The notes under the pieces are model-generated. The model saw only the letters and a list, made by a program, of their open reading frames with translations. It ran no database searches and was not told the origin of the DNA. Shown piece after piece: positions 20,640 through 29,768 of a DNA stretch of 64,000 nt. A program made the translations under genes and the position numbers. The stretch's first letter is position 1; the number at the start of each line of letters is the position of its first letter. The stretch comes from Candidatus Woesearchaeota archaeon (GTDB taxonomy: Archaea; Nanobdellota; Nanobdellia; Woesearchaeales; GCA-2686295), in NCBI GenBank assembly GCA_937912225.1, contig CALDOJ010000036.1, positions 31,191-95,190 on the forward strand. Direction: 5' to 3'.

Positions 20640-22829
20640 TTAACCCTCCTGTAAAACATTAATTAATTCATCTTTTGAGTTTGCTGTTTGCATTCTATCG
20701 GCTAATTGGTCGTTGTGAAATACTCCTCGAACCCAACTAGCAAAATCGTTTTTATCATTAGACACATATTGTTTAAAATCATCATCATTAGTTTCTCTTA
20801 AATACTCGACTAATTCAAGTACGGATTTTATTTCTTTACCGCTTTGTAATCTAAAATATTGATCGGATGAAATGTCTTTTTTAACAACAATTTTTTCTAA
20901 ATCAGCATCTAATTCCTCTTCTTCCTTTTTCTTTTCAGTTCGAGATTCAGAATTTTCAACAAGTTTAGTTTCTGTTTCTAAATGTTCTTCTAATTCTTTT
21001 TTATCTGAATTTTCCAATTGAACAGGCTCTTCTGCTTCTTCTTTTACAGCAGTTTCTGGTTTAACTTCTGATTCAGAATCATCATCAGCCATCGCAGCAA
21101 ACGCTTTTTCTTGTTCTGTTATAGGCTCTTTCTTTTCAGGTTCAACAGCTTCTGCAAGTTTTGCCTCCTCTTCCTTTTCCTCTTTTTCTTCTACAGCTTC
21201 AACTGCTTCTTTATCAGATGTTGAGTCAAACCACTTTTCAGATTCTAATAATTTTTTCTCTTCATCAGTTAACTCTGGAAGTTTCTGTTTTTTACTCCTT
21301 AAATCAATCAAATCTAACATTTGTTGTTTATCTGGTTTAACCATCATATGCTGTGCTAATTCTTTATCTCCAACAGCATCTTTAACCCAATCAGCAAACT
21401 CATTCTTTTCTTTATTTACATGCTGATCATAATCACTTTGTTTCATCGCAGATAACTCATCATATAATGCTTTCAAACTAATAACTAACATACCATTTAC
21501 TAAACTTAGAATTTTATCAGGCGACACTTCTTTTCTGAAAAGATCAACTTCAACTGTTTCACCATCAGCGCTGCCACTAGCAGCTTCAACTGCTTCAGCT
21601 TCTTCTCTTGATTGTTTTGCTGCGTTAATAGATGCTTTAAAGTCATCTTCAGATACAAGTTTCTTTTCTTTCTTCTTAGGAACTTTTCCAATTTTTTCCC
21701 AATTTTTCTTAACTCTAGGTCTTAATCCTTCTAAATATACTTCAACCATGTTAAAATTTCCAACTTTTACTTTATCTAAAGATAATTTTAGTTCCAATTT
21801 CATATCAAATACATCAATTTCTAACTCTTCTAATTGTTCAAGTTCATACACTAATTGATCAATTTCATCATTGTATTTGTTATACTTTTCAAGTTCTTCA
21901 TCTGTTAATCTTTGTACTGAATGAAGGATTGGTCTGAATGTTACGAAGTATGGTTGACCTCTATTATATGACGCGTTTTGAACCATTCCACTTCCAACAC
22001 TGGCTTTAACTAATGATTTTAAAACACTATCACCATACTTAGTTTTAATTCTATCTAAGTCTCCTTCATCTCTAGTTCTCATTTGAACTTCTGTGTTAAT
22101 GTTCGCTTTAATCTGACCTACGAAGTCGGCCAAAACCTGAGATACTAACATAATCCCTATTCCCCACTTACGAAACTCTCTACATCCTCTTTCAATCTGT
22201 ACGAATCCATCACCACTACCTCCAAACTTAGGTAGAATTCTGTGAATCTCATCATAAATAATCATGAGTTTTAATGGCTCACTTTCAGTAGGTCTTTCAT
22301 CAAAAATTTGTCTAATAGTATTAGCTACAACTAAATCAATTCCTTTCGGATCCAACTTATTCATAGCATAAATTTGAATTTCGCCAGGTTTTGCATTCTT
22401 CTGAATTTCAATTACTTCTCGAGGATTAGTTATTTGTTTAACATTTCCATTGAATGCTTTTGCATCTTTAGGTTTCATTCCAAATCCAGGATAATACTTC
22501 AACATTCCTTTTTCTTTACATGGACGCAACATTCCGCTCCATTGAGCTGTAGGGTCAAAGGCAATTACCGCTACATCTTTTAACAAACATTCTTCTATTA
22601 TTACTTGAGCTGAAATAGATTTTCCTCCACCAGTTGACCCTGCTACAATTGAATGAATCTTTAACTGGTCTAAATCAAAATAAGTTTTATGGTCTGTTTC
22701 AGCAATTTTTCCCCACCAACCACTTCTAGGTCCTGGTTTTGGTAACTGAGTATAATCAACTTTAAGATGGAACCTTTTATTGGAATCCATTTTTTTCCAG
22801 ATTATAAAAGCTATTAATGCAATTGTCAA
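20640..22829 (-). CDS. Membrane-anchored HerA/FtsK/VirB4-like P-loop ATPase fused to two 'KNDF-W' modules
   Basis: N-terminal TM helix (MTIALIAFIIW). Walker A AGSTGGGKS. HerA-type Walker B LMIIYDEIHRILP. FDPTAQW resembles the HerA/DUF87 block after the P-loop. The C-terminal half has two copies of the module (…KEKNEFADWVKDAV… and …NDKNDFASWVRGVFHNDQLADRM) separated by acidic linkers. Confidence 0.7.
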   Translation of the reverse strand: MTIALIAFIIWKKMDSNKRFHLKVDYTQLPKPGPRSGWWGKIAETDHKTYFDLDQLKIHSIVAGSTGGGKSISAQVIIEECLLKDVAVIAFDPTAQWSGMLRPCKEKGMLKYYPGFGMKPKDAKAFNGNVKQITNPREVIEIQKNAKPGEIQIYAMNKLDPKGIDLVVANTIRQIFDERPTESEPLKLMIIYDEIHRILPKFGGSGDGFVQIERGCREFRKWGIGIMLVSQVLADFVGQIKANINTEVQMRTRDEGDLDRIKTKYGDSVLKSLVKASVGSGMVQNASYNRGQPYFVTFRPILHSVQRLTDEELEKYNKYNDEIDQLVYELEQLEELEIDVFDMKLELKLSLDKVKVGNFNMVEVYLEGLRPRVKKNWEKIGKVPKKKEKKLVSEDDFKASINAAKQSREEAEAVEAASGSADGETVEVDLFRKEVSPDKILSLVNGMLVISLKALYDELSAMKQSDYDQHVNKEKNEFADWVKDAVGDKELAQHMMVKPDKQQMLDLIDLRSKKQKLPELTDEEKKLLESEKWFDSTSDKEAVEAVEEKEEKEEEAKLAEAVEPEKKEPITEQEKAFAAMADDDSESEVKPETAVKEEAEEPVQLENSDKKELEEHLETETKLVENSESRTEKKKEEEELDADLEKIVVKKDISSDQYFRLQSGKEIKSVLELVEYLRETNDDDFKQYVSNDKNDFASWVRGVFHNDQLADRMQTANSKDELINVLQEG

Positions 22830-22850
22830 TAAAGAACCAATTATTAATCC

Positions 22851-24614
22851 CTATTGCCAGAAAAATAATCCAAAGAAATACAACTGCCAAAATGGTGTTA
22901 CTACTTCAAAAATTTCACTTGTTCCAGCGCTAAATCCCAAATAATTAGCAGTTACTCTAATAATATAAACTCCTCTGGGTGCATCTTTAGGAATCTTAAC
23001 TGTTTTTAATAATGAAAAAGATGTTTTCAATAACACATTAGTACTATAAGTCCATAAAGTTGTGTTACCAGTTTCATCTTGAATAGTATAAAATAATGAA
23101 ACAGGATATTCTTGATCAGATAATAAATTTTTCAAATCTGTTTTGAATTGTAAATCTTCATTTGGATGAACTTGTTTCTTAGAAGAATCTAATTCCATTA
23201 ACAAAGCTTGTACTGGAAGTTGATTTGCAGATATTAATTCAACAGTTAATGGAATAGATGCATTAAAATCTCCTGTTATTTCTATAGTTCCATTATAAGT
23301 TCCTAATTCTCCTCTTCCAAAAATAGTTGGAGTAATACTACCCCTTTCATTTGGAGCAACTAATAATTTATTCTTATCCAACTCAACTAAATTAGCAATA
23401 TCACCTGTTACTTTGAAAAATGCCTGGGTTGTTCCTTCTTTATAACTATAAACAACTATTTCTTCTTGTAAGAAGTTTCCTAATCTAAGTTTTCTATTAA
23501 TAGTATTAAGTGAAATAACTATATCTGTTCCTTCAACTCTTTTTGGTTGTTCTACTTGTGGTACGAGTGGCGCTTCACCAGGACCAACATCATCACCAGG
23601 ACCAACATCTCTACCAGGACCAATACCAGTAAAATCGTTAGGTGTTACTGCTTGAACCAATATGATATTATGAATTGTTGTTTGATTCTTTACAATTGAA
23701 ACATTGTTTGCATATACATCATAACCTGATTTTATTGCAAAAATAGTATATTGTCCTTCAGGAGCTGTAATATTATAAAAACCAAACGTGTCAGATGCAT
23801 CATTATAATTCGAAATATGTATAATTACATCAGATATTGGAACTCCTGCTTCAGTTGTTACAATTCCTGCAATATTTCCTGGATTTGGTAAATCACCTTC
23901 TCCTTCAGCACATATATCATATGGATCTGGAAAGAAATAATATCTTTGCTCTGTAGCATTTGGAATTGGTAATATCATTTGATAATTTAACTGTCTTCCG
24001 TTAAAACCATTAGTCCAATTTCCGAGTTTTGGTGCTACAAATATTAATTCTCCATTACCATCTTGAAGAACACCCAAAGTGAAATTTTCAATACTTCCAT
24101 CCCCTCCATTAAGTGTTGTGGCTGGAATAGTTATTGGAGTATTACCTATTTCAATTGTAATATTATCTTTAAAAGTATTTGTTCCTGATAACTTTGCAGT
24201 GAATGAATCATATTGGTCCATTCCTAAAAAAGTATCTAGCACCGTTAAATTAGCTGGCTGAATATTTACAAAATCTAATAATTGAGGCATAACTGTACTT
24301 GCATACACTTCATGATCAATATCTGTTTCTAAACAATCAAATAATAAATTTGCTTCTAAAGTTTCCAATCCTTCTAAATCATAAAATGCTTCATTTTGAA
24401 ATCCTGGAACTCTTACTGCATAACCATATACTCCTGACCATAAAAAAGCAGGTAAACTCATATCAATATTTACTTCATAAATTACTCCTCCTTTCCCTGA
24501 AAAAGTATTAGTTGCCCAACCAATAAACTTGCTTGCAAAAACCAATCCGAATATAGCAAGAGCTACTAATAAAACTAATAATACTGTTTGTGCAGCTTTC
24601 TCTACATGTTTCAT
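22851..24614 (-). CDS. Secreted/membrane-anchored cell-surface protein with CarboxypepD_reg-like beta-sandwich domain and GPG repeats
   Basis: N-terminal signal-anchor (TVLLVLLVALAIFGLVFA). IAGIVTTEAGVPISDVIIHISNYNDASDTFGFYNITAPEGQYTIFAIKSGYD is a carboxypeptidase-regulatory-like fold. GPGRDVGPGDDVGPGEAP repeats. Hydrophobic C-terminus FWQLYFFGLFFWQ. Several N-glycosylation sequons. Confidence 0.6.
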   Translation of the reverse strand: MKHVEKAAQTVLLVLLVALAIFGLVFASKFIGWATNTFSGKGGVIYEVNIDMSLPAFLWSGVYGYAVRVPGFQNEAFYDLEGLETLEANLLFDCLETDIDHEVYASTVMPQLLDFVNIQPANLTVLDTFLGMDQYDSFTAKLSGTNTFKDNITIEIGNTPITIPATTLNGGDGSIENFTLGVLQDGNGELIFVAPKLGNWTNGFNGRQLNYQMILPIPNATEQRYYFFPDPYDICAEGEGDLPNPGNIAGIVTTEAGVPISDVIIHISNYNDASDTFGFYNITAPEGQYTIFAIKSGYDVYANNVSIVKNQTTIHNIILVQAVTPNDFTGIGPGRDVGPGDDVGPGEAPLVPQVEQPKRVEGTDIVISLNTINRKLRLGNFLQEEIVVYSYKEGTTQAFFKVTGDIANLVELDKNKLLVAPNERGSITPTIFGRGELGTYNGTIEITGDFNASIPLTVELISANQLPVQALLMELDSSKKQVHPNEDLQFKTDLKNLLSDQEYPVSLFYTIQDETGNTTLWTYSTNVLLKTSFSLLKTVKIPKDAPRGVYIIRVTANYLGFSAGTSEIFEVVTPFWQLYFFGLFFWQ

Positions 24615-27553
24615 GATGCAATCCTCATTTGTAAAGTTTTTATTTTTTCAAACAACTCGGTTTTATAATCTTCATCTAATCTCTTATACACTTCTTCTAG
24701 CTGATGATAATAGTATCTTGCTTTTCCAATATTATCAGCTTTTATATTATTCTCAATATCTGAAACTAATTTCTGTGAATAACCATGATCCAACTTAGTA
24801 CATAAATTCCTAATTTTTTGATAAACTTCATTTTTTGAAGGAGTAGATAATTTTTCATAATACAATTTAATCTCTCTATAAATAAAATGAGCTTTATCAA
24901 GGTCATGAACTTCTAAATTATCAAGAGCATCATTTATCAATAAGTTAATAGTATGAATTTTCTTATCGCCAAATAAAACATAGTAAAAGAATCTCATCTT
25001 ATCTATTCTAATATGACTATGCCCTGCATATACTAATACTAAAACCATTATTAAAACTATCAAATAACCTTTTTTATCCATATTAACATTAAAGTCAAAT
25101 ATGGAATTTCCAGTTATAGAAGTTACCGCTTTAGTATATGAATCTTCAAACAAGACTGTTTGTGCTTTATCAATGTTCTCCAAATCTATTTGTTCATCAA
25201 AATAATAAATTATTTTTTGAGGGTTATCAAATTCAATTAATGGATCTTTCTCCAAAATTTTATGATTTGTTATTATTGTTAAATCATCGGTTGTCTCTGC
25301 TAATTCTTTTGGTATAGATTCTACAACTCTTAATTTATATGTGCTATTCACATATTTTAATTCTTTAACCACTAAAGTAATAGTTTTCTTTGTTCCATCA
25401 AAGTATTCTAATTCAACATTTCTGGCAGTTGTTGATATAGTTGCTTTTGATTGAGTTAATTTACTTGCTTCAAAAAATTTCTCTTTATCTAAATATTTTT
25501 TTATAGTTGAATATTTATCAGATACTTCTTTTAATTCAGGATCTCGAATATATTTAATAAACGCTTTATTTTCTAACACATTCACATTAACAATTATAGA
25601 ATTATAAGTATCAGATATTTTAGTTTCTAATGTTTGTATTTTATCTTCTTTTTCTTTTTCAGATAAAACATTATTGTAAGTTGCATCATTTATATCTCTA
25701 TAAGCTCTTTGTATTGTTACAATTGCACTTTTGATATTTTTCTCTATATCTAATACATCTATTACCCGTCGTTCATGAAGTCCTTTAGTTGATAAAGTAT
25801 CAATTATTGCGTATAATTCATCAGTAAATTCTGTTTCTGAAAAAGTTGTTTTTACGTCTATTACTTCATCAATTATTTTAAAAGTTCTTTCTTCTGTTGC
25901 TTTTGAATTCTTATCCGAATCTTCACATTCAATTTTCCATTTATAATCTTTATAATCTAATCCTGTCAATGAAAATATTTGTTCTGTGTTATCTGAAACT
26001 ATTTTTGTTCCTTTCTTTGTATACCAACTTTCATCCTTCTCTGCAGTATACAACACACAAGTTGTATCTCCTTGATCAGATACTTTAAATTTAACATCTA
26101 TACTTTTCGAATTAAATTCTTGTTTATCTGCAGGTGAAATAAGTTCAATACTTGGCGCAGTTACATCTTTTCCTTCTATTTCTGCAAGGTAAGTAATATT
26201 TTCCCTTAACCAGATTTCATCATAGAGAACTTCATAATTAGATTTTAAAACCGTTAATCTGTAAGTGCCTCTTGAAATATAAAATGTGTATTGACCTTTA
26301 CTATTTGTTATTCCTTCTCTATTTGCTAGTTCGATTCTTGCTCCAGATATAACACTTCCAGAATTTATATCTTTAACAGTTACAGCCAATTCCAATACAT
26401 TCTTAACAGTTATTGTTGTATTAAGAGACTTAGAATTTCCTTCTTCGTCAGTAACTGTTAACTTTTCAATGTATGAACCAGAATTTTCATAAGACATATT
26501 TATAGTATCATTAGTTTTAGTTGTTCCATCGCTTAAAGTCCAAAGATAAGTATATTCACCAATTCCGCCATTTACATAAGCTTCTAGTTCTGTTGGTTCA
26601 TCAACATCAACAGATTTATCTCCAACAACAGAAATTGTTATACTATTTTCAACTTCAAAACTTATTACATCAGTTAAAGTTGTATTTTGATATTCTAACT
26701 CTGTATTTGCAGCATAAGTTCCTACTTCTGTTGTGTAAGTCATTGATTCTGTTCTTGGAAATGTTCCATTTGTTATGGTTATTGTTTCTCCTAATGTGAA
26801 CCATCCTCCGCTTGAAGTTCCTATTTCAATTGTCATATTTGAACCATTTAATGCATTTATTGTGAAAGTTCCTGCTTCTCCTAAGCTGTAAGTTTCTTTA
26901 TTCAAACTAATGTTCAAGAATGGTGTTTCAATTTCTTCTTCAACGGTTTCATTCTCTATTGTAAATATTCTATTGCCACTAATATTTGCATTCCCAACAC
27001 TATCTTGACAACTTATATTCCAGTAATGCATTCCACTATCTGCAGAAATATTAACTATTTTTGAAGTTCCATTAATTGCAGTTATTGCTTGTATTGCATC
27101 ATCTAAAGTTAATATACAATTCATGCTTGTTGCAAAGTTATCTGTTGCTACGAAGGTTACATTCGTTAAATTAGTTAAGTTTGCATTATTGATTGGATTC
27201 TCTAAAACAATAATTGGTGCTGAGAGATCAATATTTATTGTTCGCTCAATAATACTTTCGCTGTTGTTCTCATCTGAGCAGTTAATATACCATTCATGAA
27301 CTCCTTCGGTCAAGGTTTCAGTAAATGTATTACTGCTTTCTGCTGATTTACTTTGTTCTTCTATTTGGTCTATAAATAAACTACAAGTGGTAGAATTAGT
27401 GTAATTAGTGAGTGTGAATGTAAAGTTAACATTTGAAGTATTATACACTGCATTATCTACAGGTACAATATCAGACATTGTTGAAGAAATTATTTGAAGA
27501 CTTAAAACTAACATGACCATCAACATAATTAATTTTGCTGATTTACTTCTCAT
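24611..27553 (-). CDS. Large type-I membrane surface glycoprotein (Ig/PKD-like and CarboxypepD_reg-like domains) with helical-repeat cytoplasmic tail
   Basis: Signal peptide (LIMLMVMLVLSLQIIS). PKD-like (…TVTDEEGNSKSLNTTITV). CarboxypepD_reg-like (AVTVKDINSGSVISGARIELANREGITNSKGQYTFYISRGTYRL). TM helix LIVLIMVLVLVYAG near residue 835. ~130-aa helical tail with two Y-rich repeats. 4-nt overlap with the downstream gene. Confidence 0.65.
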   Translation of the reverse strand: MRSKSAKLIMLMVMLVLSLQIISSTMSDIVPVDNAVYNTSNVNFTFTLTNYTNSTTCSLFIDQIEEQSKSAESSNTFTETLTEGVHEWYINCSDENNSESIIERTINIDLSAPIIVLENPINNANLTNLTNVTFVATDNFATSMNCILTLDDAIQAITAINGTSKIVNISADSGMHYWNISCQDSVGNANISGNRIFTIENETVEEEIETPFLNISLNKETYSLGEAGTFTINALNGSNMTIEIGTSSGGWFTLGETITITNGTFPRTESMTYTTEVGTYAANTELEYQNTTLTDVISFEVENSITISVVGDKSVDVDEPTELEAYVNGGIGEYTYLWTLSDGTTKTNDTINMSYENSGSYIEKLTVTDEEGNSKSLNTTITVKNVLELAVTVKDINSGSVISGARIELANREGITNSKGQYTFYISRGTYRLTVLKSNYEVLYDEIWLRENITYLAEIEGKDVTAPSIELISPADKQEFNSKSIDVKFKVSDQGDTTCVLYTAEKDESWYTKKGTKIVSDNTEQIFSLTGLDYKDYKWKIECEDSDKNSKATEERTFKIIDEVIDVKTTFSETEFTDELYAIIDTLSTKGLHERRVIDVLDIEKNIKSAIVTIQRAYRDINDATYNNVLSEKEKEDKIQTLETKISDTYNSIIVNVNVLENKAFIKYIRDPELKEVSDKYSTIKKYLDKEKFFEASKLTQSKATISTTARNVELEYFDGTKKTITLVVKELKYVNSTYKLRVVESIPKELAETTDDLTIITNHKILEKDPLIEFDNPQKIIYYFDEQIDLENIDKAQTVLFEDSYTKAVTSITGNSIFDFNVNMDKKGYLIVLIMVLVLVYAGHSHIRIDKMRFFYYVLFGDKKIHTINLLINDALDNLEVHDLDKAHFIYREIKLYYEKLSTPSKNEVYQKIRNLCTKLDHGYSQKLVSDIENNIKADNIGKARYYYHQLEEVYKRLDEDYKTELFEKIKTLQMRIAS

Positions 27554-27785
27554 TTTCTAGTCTCCCAATTAGCTTTTTTAATTCTTCTATCATCTGTTGA
27601 TTAGTTTGTTCTTGCTTTAATTTTGCAATTTTAGAAGTAACTGGTTCAGTAAAACTGAAGCATTTTGATCTAACAACAGAACGTATTTCTTCACTTAAAT
27701 CCATATAGTGATTTTTATCTGCTAGAATTCTTAGTTCTCTAACTAGTGTTGAGGGCATTCGTACGCTTACAACTGTATCTGTCAT
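27543..27785 (-). CDS. Ribbon-helix-helix (CopG/Arc/NikR-like) transcriptional regulator, first gene of the seven-gene operon
   Basis: 80 aa. TVVSVRMPSTLVRELRILADKNHYMDLSEEIRSVV matches the RHH beta-strand/helix-A/helix-B pattern, followed by a helical dimerisation tail. Overlaps the next gene by 11 nt. Confidence 0.6.
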   Translation of the reverse strand: MTDTVVSVRMPSTLVRELRILADKNHYMDLSEEIRSVVRSKCFSFTEPVTSKIAKLKQEQTNQQMIEELKKLIGRLENEK

Positions 27786-27840
27786 CGTTGTTATTTGTTC
27801 TCTAGCACATACTGTCTTGAAAATTCTCTTATAGCCTCAG

Positions 27841-28023
27841 ATCTAGAACTAAACACATTTTTTTTTACAAGGGTATCTAGAATTACAATAGTGTCGTCTG
27901 GTAATCTCACGTTTACTACTTCTATGTTTTTCTGAGGTTTCTGCATGGTCACGTATGTTACTTGTAGTTTATTTGTATGTTATCTGTAAGTGTCTCTGTA
28001 GACCGAAATGACACTTGTATGAC
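27841..28023. promoter_or_regulatory. Divergent control region holding two ATCTAGAA palindromes and three phased GTATGTTA/TTGTATG direct repeats (candidate RHH operator)
   Basis: ATCTAGAA at 27841-27848 and 27875-27882. GTATGTTA at 27954-27961 and 27975-27982, and GTATGAC at 28016-28022 (spacings of 21 and 41 bp, close to whole helical turns). A TATATAAA TATA box at 28043-28050 serves the plus-strand gene. Confidence 0.4.
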
Positions 28024-28111
28024 AATTAACTGACATTAGTAGTATATAAATCTTTTGATTTCGTCTTTTGAAAGGAGAAACTATAAAAAACCAACAATAT
28101 TTCAAACAAAA

Positions 28112-28561
28112 ATGAAAGAATACGAAGTCCTAAGAAAAAAATATTCGCTGCCAAACCTAAAAGAATTAGAACAAGACTTTGGCTTTGAAGAAATAGAAGA
28201 ACAAAAATATTTATTACGAGCAATTGTTAAGAAAATAATAGATACAATTGAAACACACGCTAAATTGTTAGAAGAAATAATTAATCCAGAAGCAAGCATT
28301 AGTAATATGAACGAAGCAAGCTCTTTTAATGAAGAAGAAAAACCATTAATTCTTAAAAATTATAAAAAATTATTATTTTATCATCGAAGTCATATGCAAA
28401 TAAATTTAAATTATGATGAAAAAAGTTTTGCAGATTTTTTGAATACATTTTATGAAGATTGGCACAAAATAAAAGTTGATTTGAACACAATCATTGGCAA
28501 GATGAAAAACTCTTGGAAAAAAGACGTGAAAACAAAAATAGAATTAGGATATTTTGGATAA
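28112..28561 (+). CDS. Hypothetical protein
   Basis: The ORF track starts at a TTG (28055), but the first ATG (28112, MKEYEVLRKKY…) lies a more typical distance from the TATATAAA box at 28043-28050. No recognisable domain. Confidence 0.5.
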   Translation: MKEYEVLRKKYSLPNLKELEQDFGFEEIEEQKYLLRAIVKKIIDTIETHAKLLEEIINPEASISNMNEASSFNEEEKPLILKNYKKLLFYHRSHMQINLNYDEKSFADFLNTFYEDWHKIKVDLNTIIGKMKNSWKKDVKTKIELGYFG

Positions 28562-28588
28562 AAAAATAAACATGAGGGTAATGAAAAA

Positions 28589-29215
28589 ATGAATTTATTG
28601 ATATTAGGACCACAAGCTTCCGGAAAAGGAACACAAGCAAAAAGAATTGCTAAAGAACTAGGCATACCACACATCTCAACAGGAGATATTTTTAGAGACA
28701 ATATTGAAAGAGGAACAGATTTAGGGAAGAAAGTTCTTATGATTCAAGGCGGAGAACTAGTTCCGGATGAATTAACAAATAGCATCGTTAAAAATAGACT
28801 AAAACAAGAAGATTGTGCAAATGGATACATATTGGACGGGTATCCAAGAAATCTTGTACAAGCAGAATACTTAAACAGTATTAGCCAAATAGATGCAGTT
28901 ATTGATTTAGAAGTTCCAACAAAAGTAATAATGGAAAGAATTACTAGCAGAAGAGCTTGTGGAGATTGTAAAGCAGATTATAATATAATTTATATGAAAC
29001 CAAAACAAGAAGGTATCTGTGATAAATGTGAAGGAGAATTAATTCAACGAAAAGACGATACTCCAGGACCAATTAAAAAAAGATTAGATATTTATTATTC
29101 CCAAACACAACCATTAATTAGCTTCTATAAAGAACAAGGAGTCTCTCTTAAAGAAATTGATGGAGTAGGAACACCTGGCGAGATTCTTGATAGAATAATG
29201 AATGTTTTGCGTTAA
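28589..29215 (+). CDS. adk: Adenylate kinase (long, Zn-binding LID type)
   Basis: P-loop LILGPQASGKGTQAKRIAKELGIPHISTGDIFR. LID CGDCKADYN…CDKCEG. GAGGGT Shine-Dalgarno upstream. Confidence 0.92.
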   Translation: MNLLILGPQASGKGTQAKRIAKELGIPHISTGDIFRDNIERGTDLGKKVLMIQGGELVPDELTNSIVKNRLKQEDCANGYILDGYPRNLVQAEYLNSISQIDAVIDLEVPTKVIMERITSRRACGDCKADYNIIYMKPKQEGICDKCEGELIQRKDDTPGPIKKRLDIYYSQTQPLISFYKEQGVSLKEIDGVGTPGEILDRIMNVLR

Positions 29216-29736
29216 AGCATACGATTATACAATTGTTCTTTTACTTTTTTTATTTCTTGTTTTCCAGTATGAATACTATTAGTAAATAATCCTAAAACCA
29301 TGCCAAGACTAAAACCTGCACCAATAATCATGCTTGAAGCGTGATAAATTTCACCAAACATTTCTTCAAACCTATAACCAGAAAAAGCAACTGCTGCAAC
29401 CCCGAATATGGTTGTCGCCATTAAACCATTACCAATGGGTTCAGGCATTTTCCAAATAGGACCTGTTTGAAAATAACCAAATTCATCTTGAACATTTCTT
29501 AAATTAGAAATCTGAGAATTATATTCGTTCCTTTTCTTTTTATTAAACCACAAAGAATAATTAAAATTTGTTTCAATTTCATCAAAAACACCATCTATTA
29601 TTTGTTTATCTGCAGGATCTTTTTCTGTACGATTATAATTATAAGTATTGATTAAATTTTGGACAGCCGATTCTAAATCAGGAAAGAAACTTTTCTCGTA
29701 TTTTTTTTGTTTACTCACGAAACTGCTCCCAAACAC
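29212..29736 (-). CDS. Hypothetical membrane protein
   Basis: 174 aa. C-terminal half has two hydrophobic helices (GLMATTIFGVAAVAFSGY…SSMIIGAGFSLGMVLGLF). Convergent with adk, overlapping it by 4 nt. Confidence 0.45.
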   Translation of the reverse strand: MFGSSFVSKQKKYEKSFFPDLESAVQNLINTYNYNRTEKDPADKQIIDGVFDEIETNFNYSLWFNKKKRNEYNSQISNLRNVQDEFGYFQTGPIWKMPEPIGNGLMATTIFGVAAVAFSGYRFEEMFGEIYHASSMIIGAGFSLGMVLGLFTNSIHTGKQEIKKVKEQLYNRML

Positions 29737-29768
29737 CTCTTATGGATTAATTTCAGATTTATTATTAT

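Noticed and set aside
28055-28111. TTG-initiated N-terminal extension of the 28112 gene
   Set aside because: This start would sit only ~5 nt downstream of the TATATAAA box (28043-28050), too close for a promoter-to-start distance. The first ATG at 28112 gives a sensible promoter-to-start distance.
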